A stretch of DNA of 62,381 nucleotides, filler included, from Nitrospirae bacterium MYbin3 (lineage in GTDB: Bacteria; Nitrospirota; Thermodesulfovibrionia; Thermodesulfovibrionales; Dissulfurispiraceae): NCBI GenBank assembly GCA_002753335.1. It is 3 parts of 3 records of this genome, joined end to end, with 100 filler letters (N's around TTAATTAATTAA, not from the genome) between each part and the next. Parts side by side here need not be neighbours in the genome. Positions count along the whole stretch, not along the records: positions 1 to 24,225 come from PEAD01000035.1; positions 24,326 to 47,939 come from PEAD01000036.1; 1 more part is not named here. One strand, written 5' to 3'. This document shows, piece by piece, positions 17,233 through 27,188 of the stretch (position 1 is its first letter; every line of letters starts with the position of its first letter). The position numbers and the translations under genes were made by a program. The notes beneath the pieces are model-generated. The model did not search any database. It was not told the DNA's origin and saw only the letters and a list, made by a program, of their open reading frames with translations.

Positions 17233-18798
17233 TCAATACAGCTCCCCGAACTTCTTCTCATCTATCTTCCCTTCAAGGTACGCTTCAAGTGTCTTGGACT
17301 TCTTTGAAGACTTCATCTCATCCATCGCCTTGCTGAGCTGTTCAGCAGTTATTGTTCCATTCTCAAACGCATCTTTAAGTTTTGTTCTGCCTATTTCTAT
17401 ATCCATCACTTTAGCCCGATCCCAGTTGCGGGTTACAGAAAAATCTCCGCTGCCGCTGATTTGCGGAGTCTGCTCTACATTCTTTAATCTCCGCGCTGCC
17501 TTAGAAACATTTTCTTTCACATAGTCCGCCAAGTCATTTACCTTGATCCATACTTCCTTGCTAAGCTTTCCCCTCATGCCTTCCATCAGATAATGGCTGA
17601 ATATGCCGCCCTTCAGCTCGCTTTCATCCTCCCAAGACTGCTGGTTCAACGCCGATGATGTCATAACCACCTTACCGGCACCCATTGGCTTAATTAATTC
17701 AGCAGTCGCAAGCATTCCGACCAAAGGTTTGCCTCCTTTAGGAACTATTGATTTTCCTCCTCCGCTAAAACAGGCATCCAAAGCAACCATAACACCCTTT
17801 GCATTCGTGGAGTCCACCAGTTCTTGAAGATACGAAATCTTGATGCTTGAGTCTTCCATAGATTCCGGATCGGTTACTATCGCGTCATAAGGCACAAGAA
17901 AACCGTCAACAAGCTTCTCATCTTTTGACTTTGGGGCGCCATGTCCTGAGTAGTAAATATAAACATATCCGTCCCATGTCTTTATCTTTCTAAGTGCGGC
18001 AGCCATTTCGTTTCTCGTTGCCTTTTCATTAAGAAGCAAAATTGTGTTTTCCTTAGGAACTCCGCCGTACTTCGGGTCAGTAAGTATTCTATGGATTTTT
18101 TTAGCATCTGCTGATGCATACTGAAGAGCGGGTATATCGCGTCTGCCTTTATAGTCAATACCTATCACAACAGCAAAGGTATCGGGTCGAAGCGATTTTG
18201 TGTCAACAGGAGTTGATATTTCTATATCCGGCTCAGAAGGTTTTGTTTCTTGATTGTCAATAATTTGGGGAGCAGGTTGTTCGCGCATTGCCGCTTTGGT
18301 TTTTAATAACTGTTCACGCTCACGTACTGCTTCTTTTTTTGATATAAATTCTCGTTCCCGCCTTGTATCTCTTGATGCAGTGTCAGACAGTCTTCCCCTA
18401 GTGCCGGACAAAGCAGCCTGCTTAATAACATATAAAGCATCAACAAGCCTTTTGGCTTCTTCCATGCGATCCCTTCTAAAATACATGGAATTATGAATCA
18501 CCCTTACATTCTCTTTTATCCCTATATGCATAATGACATTGCCAATCAGCAACTCAGGTTGAGCCTCGCTATACGATACAAATCTTCGGCCTCCTACTGA
18601 ATTAAAACTGAAACCGGCATCCGTAGCATTAATAGCAATATTGTAGTTTGATAGTATGTTCTCTGCAGTTTCAACAGTCATCTGCTTTGTGTTGTATGGG
18701 TCAGGTCTGTGAATTGTTGTTAATTGCTGGACCGCACAGGCAGACAAAATAAACGAAAAAAATATGCTTGCGATGAATAATCTCTTTACTGATATCAT
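17233..18798 (-). CDS. caspase-family lipoprotein 4, type A: unknown N-domain + charged linker + C14 + SHOCT-like tail
   Basis: SD AGGAGG; lipobox ILSA-C; YYSGHG / LDACFSG; ends KIDEKKFGELY. Confidence 0.9.
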   Translation of the reverse strand: MISVKRLFIASIFFSFILSACAVQQLTTIHRPDPYNTKQMTVETAENILSNYNIAINATDAGFSFNSVGGRRFVSYSEAQPELLIGNVIMHIGIKENVRVIHNSMYFRRDRMEEAKRLVDALYVIKQAALSGTRGRLSDTASRDTRREREFISKKEAVREREQLLKTKAAMREQPAPQIIDNQETKPSEPDIEISTPVDTKSLRPDTFAVVIGIDYKGRRDIPALQYASADAKKIHRILTDPKYGGVPKENTILLLNEKATRNEMAAALRKIKTWDGYVYIYYSGHGAPKSKDEKLVDGFLVPYDAIVTDPESMEDSSIKISYLQELVDSTNAKGVMVALDACFSGGGKSIVPKGGKPLVGMLATAELIKPMGAGKVVMTSSALNQQSWEDESELKGGIFSHYLMEGMRGKLSKEVWIKVNDLADYVKENVSKAARRLKNVEQTPQISGSGDFSVTRNWDRAKVMDIEIGRTKLKDAFENGTITAEQLSKAMDEMKSSKKSKTLEAYLEGKIDEKKFGELY

Positions 18799-18812
18799 TT
18801 TAAGCCTCCTAG

Positions 18813-20717
18813 TTAATACAGCTCCCCGAACTTCTTTTCGTCTATCTTGCCTTCAAGGTAAGCTTCAAGTGTTTTGGACTTCTTTGAAGACTTCAGCTCA
18901 TCCATTGCTTTACTGAGCTGTTCTGCCGTTATAATTCCTTTTTCAAAAGAATCTTTAAGCTTGGCGCGGGCTATCTCCACATCCATCACTTTAGCGCGTT
19001 CCCAGTTTCTTGTAACCGCAAAGTCACCCCTGCCTGCAATCTGTGGATTTTGGTCTGCTCCTTTCAGCTTCTTCGCAGCTTTAGGCACATTCTCTTTTAT
19101 ATAGTCAGCAAGCTCCTCCACCTTAACCCATGCTTCCTTGCCGCCTCTGCCTTTCAATCCTTCGATAAGATAATGGCTGAATATACCGCTCTTTAATTCA
19201 CTCTCATCTTCCCATGACTGCTGATTCGTGGCCGAAGATGTGACGATCACCTTGCCGGCTCCCTTAGGCTTCATCAACTCTGGACTAACTATCATTCCGA
19301 CAAGAGGCTTGCCGCCTTTTGGGACTATCGATTTACCGCCTCCGCTAAAGCATGAATCCAGCGCGATAAACACGCCCTTTGCACTGGATGTATCCACAAG
19401 CTCCTGAAGGTAAGAAACTTTTATCGCGGTTTCATCCAAAGCTTCAGGGTCGGTTATAACAACATCGCTCGGTATTAAATACGCATCCACAAACTTATCG
19501 CCCTTTGTGTTTGGAGCGCCGTGGCCCGAATAATAGACATACACAAAACCGTCCCAGCTCTTTATCTTCCTAAGTGCGGTCACCATTTCGTTTCTTGTAG
19601 CCTTCTCATTTAAAAGAAGGATTGTATTTTCTTTTGGCACACCGCCGTAACGCGGGTCGGTAAGGATATCGTAAACCTTTGCCGCGTCAGCCGACGCATA
19701 GTTTAAATTCGGAATCTCCTGCCTTCCTTTGTAATCTATGCCTACAACAACAGCATATGTATCGGAACGCAACGGCGGCAGCTTTATATCTGACGGCGGA
19801 GTGTAAGACGGCTCCTCTTTTTTAGGCGTTCTGGCTAAACCTCCCTGAACAGCTCCAAGCTTTACGGTTAAAAAAATCGAGGCTCTGTCTCTGGATATAA
19901 GCAGTAAAGCATTCTCTTCGGCCCTCGAAGCCGCAACAGCATTCTGCAAATCTTTTGGCAGAGCTATTTTAGTCCTGTTGAACTCCAAGATTATATCGCC
20001 ACGCCTTATTCCTGCCTTATCTGCCGCAGAACTTTTTACAACATCAGTAACCAACGCGCCTTTGGCCTCACTAAGACCGAACTGTCCAGCAAGTTCGGCG
20101 GTAACTGGCTGTATCTGAACTCCAAGCGATGCTCCGCCGCCGGCCTGCGCATCATAGTCGTATCCGGCAGTCTGAATACCGCCGCCAAGAGCCACAGCAA
20201 TACCTTTGCCTGCCTTGTAATCAGCCATCATCTGATCACGAACATCAGAAAGCAGCTGGCTCAGGCTTGCATGGAACGATTCTCCACCATATCCTCTTCT
20301 CATCCCAGAGGCGGTATAATTACCCCCTACATCCTTGTTGTTTTTATCCTTGATCGAAATAACCGTCTTGTGTTCGGTTTTTGATTCTGAATGCTCAATC
20401 CTCATAAGCATGTCATACGAACCCATATTGACCCGCGAAAATAAACGCGACTTTGTCATATCCTCCACTATCCGCTCGCACAAGGCAATATTGTAGTTTA
20501 CTATGGATTCTTCGGTATTCATCCATTCCAGCCATAACTGCCTATACTCAGGCGTAAAGCTGCACTCGGCTTCGATACGAACTCCGGTGTCGATGTAATC
20601 ACGCGCAGTGACTGTATTCCATATCATTCCGCTCTTGTATTCCTGAGAAGAAATAGTTATGCAACCGGATAAAAAGCCAACCATAAAAATAATTAAAATA
20701 ATTCTAGCAGCACGCAT
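18813..20717 (-). CDS. caspase-family lipoprotein 5, type A: unknown N-domain + HtrA-like PDZ + C14 + SHOCT-like tail
   Basis: Start reassigned to MRAARII (20717, SD GAGGTG); lipobox FLSG-C; PDZ LGVQIQPVTAELAGQFGL..GALVTDV..SAADKAGIRRGDII; YYSGHG / LDSCFSG. Confidence 0.9.
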   Translation of the reverse strand: MRAARIILIIFMVGFLSGCITISSQEYKSGMIWNTVTARDYIDTGVRIEAECSFTPEYRQLWLEWMNTEESIVNYNIALCERIVEDMTKSRLFSRVNMGSYDMLMRIEHSESKTEHKTVISIKDKNNKDVGGNYTASGMRRGYGGESFHASLSQLLSDVRDQMMADYKAGKGIAVALGGGIQTAGYDYDAQAGGGASLGVQIQPVTAELAGQFGLSEAKGALVTDVVKSSAADKAGIRRGDIILEFNRTKIALPKDLQNAVAASRAEENALLLISRDRASIFLTVKLGAVQGGLARTPKKEEPSYTPPSDIKLPPLRSDTYAVVVGIDYKGRQEIPNLNYASADAAKVYDILTDPRYGGVPKENTILLLNEKATRNEMVTALRKIKSWDGFVYVYYSGHGAPNTKGDKFVDAYLIPSDVVITDPEALDETAIKVSYLQELVDTSSAKGVFIALDSCFSGGGKSIVPKGGKPLVGMIVSPELMKPKGAGKVIVTSSATNQQSWEDESELKSGIFSHYLIEGLKGRGGKEAWVKVEELADYIKENVPKAAKKLKGADQNPQIAGRGDFAVTRNWERAKVMDVEIARAKLKDSFEKGIITAEQLSKAMDELKSSKKSKTLEAYLEGKIDEKKFGELY

Positions 20718-20752
20718 CTTTTTCACCTCTTTTAGTTTGTAGCTATCAATCA

Positions 20753-22393
20753 TTAATACAGTTCCCCGAATTTCTTTTCATCTATCTTGCCTTCGAGGTA
20801 GGCTTCAAATGTCTTGGATTTTTTGGGAGACTTCATCTCGTCCATCGCCTTGCTGAGCTGTTCCGCAGTTATAATTCCACGCTCAAATGCATCTTTGAGC
20901 TTTCCTCTTGCTATTTCTACATCCATAACTTTGGCGCGCTCCCAATTCCTTGATACAGAAAAGTCACCTTTGCCGAGCATCTGTGGTGTCTGGTCAATTC
21001 CCTTCAGTCTTCTCGCAGCCTTAGGCACATTGTCAGATACGTAGTCCGCAAGTTCATCAGCCTTTACCCATACGTTTTTGCCTGCCTTGCCCCTCATGCC
21101 TTCGAGCAGATAGTGGCTGAATATTCCGCCTTTCAGTTCGCTTTCATCTTCCCATGACTGCTGATTTACCGCAGATGACGTGATAACAAGTCTACCCTCG
21201 CCTTTAGGCTTCATTAAATCGGATGCCACCATCATTCCCACCAAAGGCTTGCCGCCTTTGGGAACTATCGATTTGCCGCCGCCCGAAAAACATGCGTCAA
21301 GAGCAACCATAACGCCTTTTGCATTTGAAGCATCAACAAGCTCTTGCAGATAAGAAACCTTTATGGCGGTTTCTTCCATCGCTTCAGGGTCGGTTACAAC
21401 AACATCGTGAGGCACTAAAAATGCGTCCGTAAATTTATCGCCCTTTGTCTTAGGCGCTCCGTGCCCTGAATAATAGACATACACAAATCCATCCCATGTT
21501 TTGATCCTTCTCAATGCACCGACTATCTCATTTCTTGTGGCCTTCTCATTCAAAAGCAGTACGGCATTTTCCTTTGGTACACCGCCGTACCTTGGGTCTG
21601 TCAGAGTGTCATAAACCTTTTGTGCATCCAACGAAGCGAAGCCCAAAGTAGGTATCTCCTGCCTGCCCTTGTAATCTATGCCTATGACAACAGCGAATGC
21701 ATCGCGGCGTGTCGGCGGAAGCCTATCTGTCTGAACAGGAGCGGGTTCCCTGAAAGCAACTCTTTCTGGAGATTCCTGCTTTCTGGCATATTTCTGCAAT
21801 TCAGGCCATCTGGTAAGGTCTATCGCCCATTCTTTTAAAAGAGTTGCGATAGACACAGACATTCTTCTGCCGAATTCCTGAGTAAATGCGTCCATACCAA
21901 AAACCCGCTGCATATGAAAATCGGACCGTTGAGAATCGCGCGGAGCCCTCCATATTTCCCTCCCCCCTACATCTATGAGCCGCATATTGCCTTTGACAAC
22001 ATAGTATTCGCTTGGAGAAATAGGACAGGAACCTTTTCTGCCGATACTGCTCATGGTTGCCTCAATAACAGCGTCGTAGCCTGCGGGTGGCGGCATGTTT
22101 CTTATAAGCGAAACCTTGTCAAACACCTGAGCAAATGTATCAACAGCCGTTTCTTCAAAAATAACTCCAAAAGGCGTAGGCTCGACATGAACAGATATGC
22201 AGGGCCCTGACAGAACCTCAGAAGTCATAAGACTCCTTGTGGACTCAGGAACAAGCAAGGCCACATTCATCTGTGTTTTCTGCGCAACAGGAATGATAGG
22301 GACTTCCTTTTTTAAAGTCGGACTTATAGAGCAGGCATTAAGAAAAAGAATTGATAAAAAGAAGAATATTTTAATGCCATTGAGACTTTTCAT
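20753..22393 (-). CDS. caspase-family lipoprotein 6, type A: unknown alpha/beta N-domain + C14 + SHOCT-like tail
   Basis: SD GGGAGG; lipobox FLNA-C; YYSGHG / LDACFSG; ends KIDEKKFGELY. Confidence 0.9.
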   Translation of the reverse strand: MKSLNGIKIFFFLSILFLNACSISPTLKKEVPIIPVAQKTQMNVALLVPESTRSLMTSEVLSGPCISVHVEPTPFGVIFEETAVDTFAQVFDKVSLIRNMPPPAGYDAVIEATMSSIGRKGSCPISPSEYYVVKGNMRLIDVGGREIWRAPRDSQRSDFHMQRVFGMDAFTQEFGRRMSVSIATLLKEWAIDLTRWPELQKYARKQESPERVAFREPAPVQTDRLPPTRRDAFAVVIGIDYKGRQEIPTLGFASLDAQKVYDTLTDPRYGGVPKENAVLLLNEKATRNEIVGALRRIKTWDGFVYVYYSGHGAPKTKGDKFTDAFLVPHDVVVTDPEAMEETAIKVSYLQELVDASNAKGVMVALDACFSGGGKSIVPKGGKPLVGMMVASDLMKPKGEGRLVITSSAVNQQSWEDESELKGGIFSHYLLEGMRGKAGKNVWVKADELADYVSDNVPKAARRLKGIDQTPQMLGKGDFSVSRNWERAKVMDVEIARGKLKDAFERGIITAEQLSKAMDEMKSPKKSKTFEAYLEGKIDEKKFGELY

Positions 22394-22561
22394 TTATCCT
22401 CCCCCATATGCATCGCGAGCATATATATTTAATATATCAGATTGAGCATCATCTTACCAAACCGAAAGAAAAACAAAAATTGAAATAAAAGCCGGTCTGA
22501 TGATATATTTAAAAATCAAGCTGATTTAGTCATTCCCTAATGTTTTGCCGGAGGTTTTATA

Positions 22562-22933
22562 ATGTATGAGTTAAGCATAGAAACGAGTTTTGCGTCGGCA
22601 CATCAGCTGAGAGGTTACAAGGGCAAGTGTGAAAATATTCATGGCCACAACTGGCGGGTTCAGTTATCAGTAACAGCCGCCAAATTAAACGAGATTGACA
22701 TAGCCATAGATTTTCATGACTTAAAGCGAATGGCGAACGAAGTTGTAGAACAGCTTGACCATAAAATGCTTAACGAAATTTTTCCTTTCACCGAAATTAA
22801 TCCTTCCTCAGAGAATATAGCAAAATGGATATTTGAATCGATGGGCAAAAAACTGCCTGCCAATAGTGTAAAGATGTCTAGCGTGACGGTCTGGGAATCG
22901 GACACCGCATCAGCAACCTACTACGAAGATTAA
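22562..22933 (+). CDS. queD: 6-carboxy-5,6,7,8-tetrahydropterin synthase
   Basis: FASAH, CENIHGHNW, LDHKMLN, NPSSENIA, WES; SD GGAGG. Confidence 0.95.
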   Translation: MYELSIETSFASAHQLRGYKGKCENIHGHNWRVQLSVTAAKLNEIDIAIDFHDLKRMANEVVEQLDHKMLNEIFPFTEINPSSENIAKWIFESMGKKLPANSVKMSSVTVWESDTASATYYED

Positions 22934-22943
22934 ATATTCCTCA

Positions 22944-24225
22944 GTGCAAAACAGAGCCAAATCAGACCCACATTTTTCGCTCAAACTTATAGATGCCGCT
23001 ATTTTGCGCGGCGCTGAGGAGGCCGAGGTTTTTCTCAAACAAACAGAAAGTATAAGCATAGAAGCAAAAGGGGGCAAAGCAGAAACTATAGAGTCATCAA
23101 ATACATTCGGGTATTGTCTCAGAATAATAAAAAAACAAAGACTCGGATTCTCATATTCTACGGATGCGGCTGATTTTGAAAAGGTTGCGTTTAATGCTGT
23201 TTCAGCATCTGAGTATACAGAGCAAGATGGCAATCTTGGATTCCCGTTACCCTCAGACATTTCTTCCGTAAATATTTACGATGAACATATAGAAAAGATG
23301 GATAAAGAAACTGCCATTCAACACGCCCTTGCGCTTGAACACCATGCGATGGCCGAAGATAGCAGGATAAAGAAACTCCGCAAACCTTCGGTTACTTTCA
23401 CAGTAAGCAGCACGCATATAGCCAATTCAAAAGGTATTAATGAATCTTACTCAGCCACAGGCTGTTACGCCCAACTTATGGCGATCGCCGAAGAGAGCGG
23501 GTTAAGCCAGATGGGATGGGAATATGAAGGCAGCAGATTCCTAAGCGAAATATCCTGCGAGCGGGTTGCAAAAAAAGCTGCCCAAAGGGCCCTGCAGCTG
23601 CTCGGCGCAGAAAAAACAACATCCTTTAAAGGCAGTGTGTTGCTTGATAATTCTGTGGCCTGCGACTTTTTAGGAATACTCTCATCTGCTCTCTCGGCAG
23701 AGTCTGTGCAAAAAAAGAAATCGCTCTTTGCAGACAAAATTGGCATGAAGGTTCTGAACCACAACCTCAGCATCATTGACAGCGGCCTGATTGATGGAAA
23801 GCTTGGCAGCAAACCGTTTGATGATGAAGGCGTTGCTGTTAAACTCAAATCGCCGGTCGAAAACGGTATATTAAAGTCTTTCATGCACAATACCTATACC
23901 GCTAAGAAATCCGGAGCATTATCTACAGGCAATGCAATACGAGGAAGCTTTCGCGGCATGCCTTATGTTGGGCCTACAAATCTTTATCTCGAACCCATTT
24001 CTGAGGATTACTCAAAACCGTTTGCCGAACTTGTTGCATCCGTTGACAGGGGGATATATGTAATCGAAACTATGGGTATGCATACGGCGAATCCGATTTC
24101 TGGAGAGTTTTCTATCGGGGTGTCAGGGCTGTTGATTAATGCAGGGAAACTGGGCTCCCCTGTAAAAGAACTTGTAATTTCGGGCAATATAACGGACCTT
24201 TTTAAAAATATTTCTTTGGTTGGAG
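22944..24225 (+). CDS. pmbA: PmbA/TldE-family protein, 3' end lost at contig gap
   Basis: GAEEAEVF, PFDDEG, STGNA, HTANPISGEFS; runs into Ns. Confidence 0.85.
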
Positions 24226-24325
24226 NNNNNNNNNNNNNNNNNNNNNNNNNNNNNNNNNNNNNNNNNNNNTTAATTAATTAANNNNNNNNNNNNNNNNNNN
24301 NNNNNNNNNNNNNNNNNNNNNNNNN
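24226..24325. other. artificial contig spacer
   Basis: 44 N + TTAATTAATTAA (stops in all six frames) + 44 N. Confidence 0.97.
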
Positions 24326-24421
24326 AAGGTCCGTGGTAGACCACCACGTTGATAGGCTGGCGGTGTAAGTGCAGTAATGCATTCAGCTTACCAGTACTAA
24401 TAGACCGTGTGCCTTGACCTC
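24326..24421 (+). rRNA. rrl: 3' terminal ~95 nt of 23S rRNA
   Basis: aaggtccgtggtagaccaccacgttgataggc..gtgtaag..cagtaatg..ttcagct.acc.gtactaata..ccgtg..cttgacc matches the conserved 23S 3' end; lies at a contig edge as expected for rRNA. Confidence 0.9.
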
Positions 24422-24462
24422 TTCCTTACTTATTACCTTCCCAATGTTGTCAAGATTTTTTC

Positions 24463-24490
24463 TTGCATTTTAAAAAAATCATTGTACAAT
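24463..24490 (+). promoter_or_regulatory. putative sigma70 promoter of rpoD
   Basis: TTGCAT-16nt-TACAAT, 65 nt upstream of the ATG. Confidence 0.5.
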
Positions 24491-24554
24491 TTAAAGAAAG
24501 GATAGTATTCATGTCCTTTCTTTAATTTTTCTTTTCTGAGGCGGGTTCAAAAAA

Positions 24555-25988
24555 ATGAAAGAGAAAGACATATTTGAGGAAATAATCAACCTCGGCAAGA
24601 AGCGAGGGAAGGTTACGTTTGATGAAATCAATGACGCCCTTCCTTCAGAATTCTTTTCCCCGGACGAAATTGAAGACCTTATGGATGTGCTCAGCGACAT
24701 GGGCGTCAAGGTCGTTGACCGCGAAGAAGGAATTGTGGGCGAAGAAGATGTTGAGGAAGAGGTTGAAGAGTACGAACGCGCAGAAGATCTTGTTCAGGCA
24801 TATTTTAATTCTATGGGCGACATCTCGATTCTCACAAAGGATGAGGAGACTGAGCTTGCCAAGAAACTTGAACAGGGGAAAAATATAATAAAAGAAAAAA
24901 TTTCGGTTCTGCCTATTTTTGAAAAAATCAAAGACAGCATCGAAATTGAGGAAGTAGAAGAGGGCGAAGAAGGCATAACCGAAGATGAGAGAGCAGATGA
25001 AGCGGTTATGAAAACTCTCTCAAGGCTTAAGAAATTGATGGAGCTTGTCGAAACTTCGGACAGCAAGCTGCCTAAAAAGTATCCTACCCAAAAAGAGTTC
25101 AGAGCCTCAATAAACGACAAAAAGAAAAAAGGCCAAAACACAAAAAAGTCTGAGCTTGTCTTAAAAGAGGTGCAGGCTGATTACAAAAGAGTAGAAACCG
25201 AAGTCGGGACAAAAGTAGAATTTCTCAAAGATACATGGAACAGCATATCAAAAGCAAGGCATCTTGTTACTGCGGCAAAGAATGAGCTAATAACCCGCAA
25301 TCTCAGGTTGGTTGTGAACATCGCAAAAAATTATGTGGGCAGAGGCCTTCCGCTTCTCGATCTCATACAGGAAGGCAATATCGGCCTTATGAAAGCTGTA
25401 GATAAATTCAAATACGAAAAAGGTTTCAAGTTCAGCACATATGCAACTTGGTGGATAAGACAGGCTATCACAAGGGCTCTTATCGACCAGACGAAAACGA
25501 TTCGTGTGCCTGTTCATATGATGGAGTTCTATAACCGCGTAACCAAGGCATCGCGAGAGCTTACCCAACAGTTGGGCAGAGAACCTAACAACGATGAGAT
25601 AGCAAAGAAACTTGTAGTTCCGGTAAGGAAGGTGGAAGAAGTTTTCAGGGCAATTCAGGATCCAATAGCACTCCAGACACCGATTGGAGATGAGGACACT
25701 GAACTCGAAGATTTTATCGGGGACAAGGCGAGTCCTTCACCTTATTCTGAGGCCGAAAGAATAGAAACCTCTGAACAGATTCAGCGGGTTTTGCATACGC
25801 TGACTTCAAAAGAGGAGACGGTTATCCGGATGCGCTTCGGCATTGGTGTTGACAGAGATCACACGCTAGAAGAGGTGGGCAGATATCTTTCGATAACAAG
25901 AGAGCGTGTAAGGCAGATCGAGGCAAAGGCTCTCCGCAAACTTAAGCATCCGAGCAGGCTCAAGGCCTTAAAGATATTCACAAGCTGA
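24555..25988 (+). CDS. rpoD: primary sigma factor RpoD
   Basis: Region 1.1 ([13 protein letters not shown]), [60 protein letters not shown]. Confidence 0.93.
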   Translation: MKEKDIFEEIINLGKKRGKVTFDEINDALPSEFFSPDEIEDLMDVLSDMGVKVVDREEGIVGEEDVEEEVEEYERAEDLVQAYFNSMGDISILTKDEETELAKKLEQGKNIIKEKISVLPIFEKIKDSIEIEEVEEGEEGITEDERADEAVMKTLSRLKKLMELVETSDSKLPKKYPTQKEFRASINDKKKKGQNTKKSELVLKEVQADYKRVETEVGTKVEFLKDTWNSISKARHLVTAAKNELITRNLRLVVNIAKNYVGRGLPLLDLIQEGNIGLMKAVDKFKYEKGFKFSTYATWWIRQAITRALIDQTKTIRVPVHMMEFYNRVTKASRELTQQLGREPNNDEIAKKLVVPVRKVEEVFRAIQDPIALQTPIGDEDTELEDFIGDKASPSPYSEAERIETSEQIQRVLHTLTSKEETVIRMRFGIGVDRDHTLEEVGRYLSITRERVRQIEAKALRKLKHPSRLKALKIFTS

Positions 25989-26005
25989 AACTTAGGAACA
26001 AACTC

Positions 26006-26043
26006 AAAAAGCCCTGACAACCAGTAATGCCAGGGCTTTTTTT
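26006..26043 (+). terminator. intrinsic terminator after rpoD
   Basis: aaaaagccctg ... cagggc followed by T7. Confidence 0.8.
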
Positions 26044-26083
26044 CGTTGAAAAAAAAGGAAAAGTTTCTGTAATATTAAAGCTC

Positions 26084-27184
26084 ATGAAAAAACATAATTC
26101 AGATAATAATGGACTCGGAAAACTACGTGAACAGATAGACGGGATAGACTCGCGCATTCTCGATCTTCTAAACAAAAGGGCTAATATTGCTATCGAAGTA
26201 GCAAAAATAAAGAGAAAGCAAAACCTGAAATTCCATTCCCCAGAGCGCGAACGGGCCATACTCGAACGCATGACAAATTCAAATGCAGGGCCATTTCCCA
26301 ATGATGCATTAAGGGTAATATTCAGAGAAATAATTTCGGCTTCACTTTCTCTTGAAGAGCCGCTAAAAGTAGCGTATCTCGGCCCAGAAGGCACATTCAC
26401 ACACCTTGCAGCGATAAGGCATTTCGGTTCCTCTGCAGATTACATTCCGGTAGAGAGCATAAAGGCTATATTTGAGGCGGTAGAAGCGAAGAAGGCTGAC
26501 TACGGTCTTGTTCCGATAGAAAATTCCAATGAAGGCGTGGTGAGCTACACCCTCGATGTGTTTGTGGACTGCGAGCTTAAAATAGCTGCCGAGGTTATGC
26601 TTGAGGTTTCCCATAATCTATTATCTAAGAGCGGCGACAGGGCAAAGATAAAAAGGGTTTATTCTCATCCTCAGGCAGCTGCTCAGTGCAGAGAATGGTT
26701 TGAGCGCAATATGCCCGCCATTCCGGTGCTTGAAGCTATTAGTACTGCAAAGGCGGCGGAGCTTGCATCCAAAGACGAGGGTACGGCAGCTATTGCGAGC
26801 GAGCTTGCGGCAAGACTTTACGACCTGAAGTTTATCGAAAGACATATTGAAGACAACAAGTACAACTATACACGCTTTCTTGTAATTGCAAGGGATTATC
26901 AGGCTAAAACCGGAAATGACAAAACCTCGGTAATGTTTTCGCTTAAAGATAAGCCCGGAGCCCTTTATAGCGTGCTTATTCCCTTTAAAGCAGCAAAAAT
27001 AAATCTGACAAAAATAGAGTCAAGGCCATCTAAAAGAAAAGCATGGGAGTACATATTCTTTGCAGACATGCTTGGTCATATAGATGATAAGAAAGTGAAG
27101 AAAGCTATCGAAGAAGTCAAAGACAGCTGCCTCTATCTTAAACATTTAGGTTCGTATCCTGTAGGCGATAAAATAGAGAGGTAA
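26084..27184 (+). CDS. pheA: chorismate mutase/prephenate dehydratase (P-protein)
   Basis: LREQIDGID CM domain, YLGPEGTFT, PIENSNEG, SHPQA, NYTRF, LTKIESRP; start moved to ATG 26084 because the longer start lies in the terminator. Confidence 0.94.
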   Translation: MKKHNSDNNGLGKLREQIDGIDSRILDLLNKRANIAIEVAKIKRKQNLKFHSPERERAILERMTNSNAGPFPNDALRVIFREIISASLSLEEPLKVAYLGPEGTFTHLAAIRHFGSSADYIPVESIKAIFEAVEAKKADYGLVPIENSNEGVVSYTLDVFVDCELKIAAEVMLEVSHNLLSKSGDRAKIKRVYSHPQAAAQCREWFERNMPAIPVLEAISTAKAAELASKDEGTAAIASELAARLYDLKFIERHIEDNKYNYTRFLVIARDYQAKTGNDKTSVMFSLKDKPGALYSVLIPFKAAKINLTKIESRPSKRKAWEYIFFADMLGHIDDKKVKKAIEEVKDSCLYLKHLGSYPVGDKIER

Positions 27185-27188
27185 ATAA

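Noticed and set aside
17294..21044. Three similar 76-aa plus-strand ORFs (MDFFEDF.., 17294, 18874, 20814) that look like repeated immunity genes
   Set aside because: Each lies wholly antisense to the conserved caspase tail; the similarity follows from the sense-strand repeat
24270..24281. Palindromic TTAATTAATTAA inside N runs (also 47984-47995)
   Set aside because: Identical 44N-12-44N structure at both sites; a synthetic six-frame-stop contig linker, not biology
22944..24421. Apparent pmbA-23S rRNA adjacency, and integrase-sdh adjacency across 47940-48039
   Set aside because: Both cross artificial spacers, so sdhCAB cannot be called island cargo and the pmbA truncation is not evidence of a pseudogene
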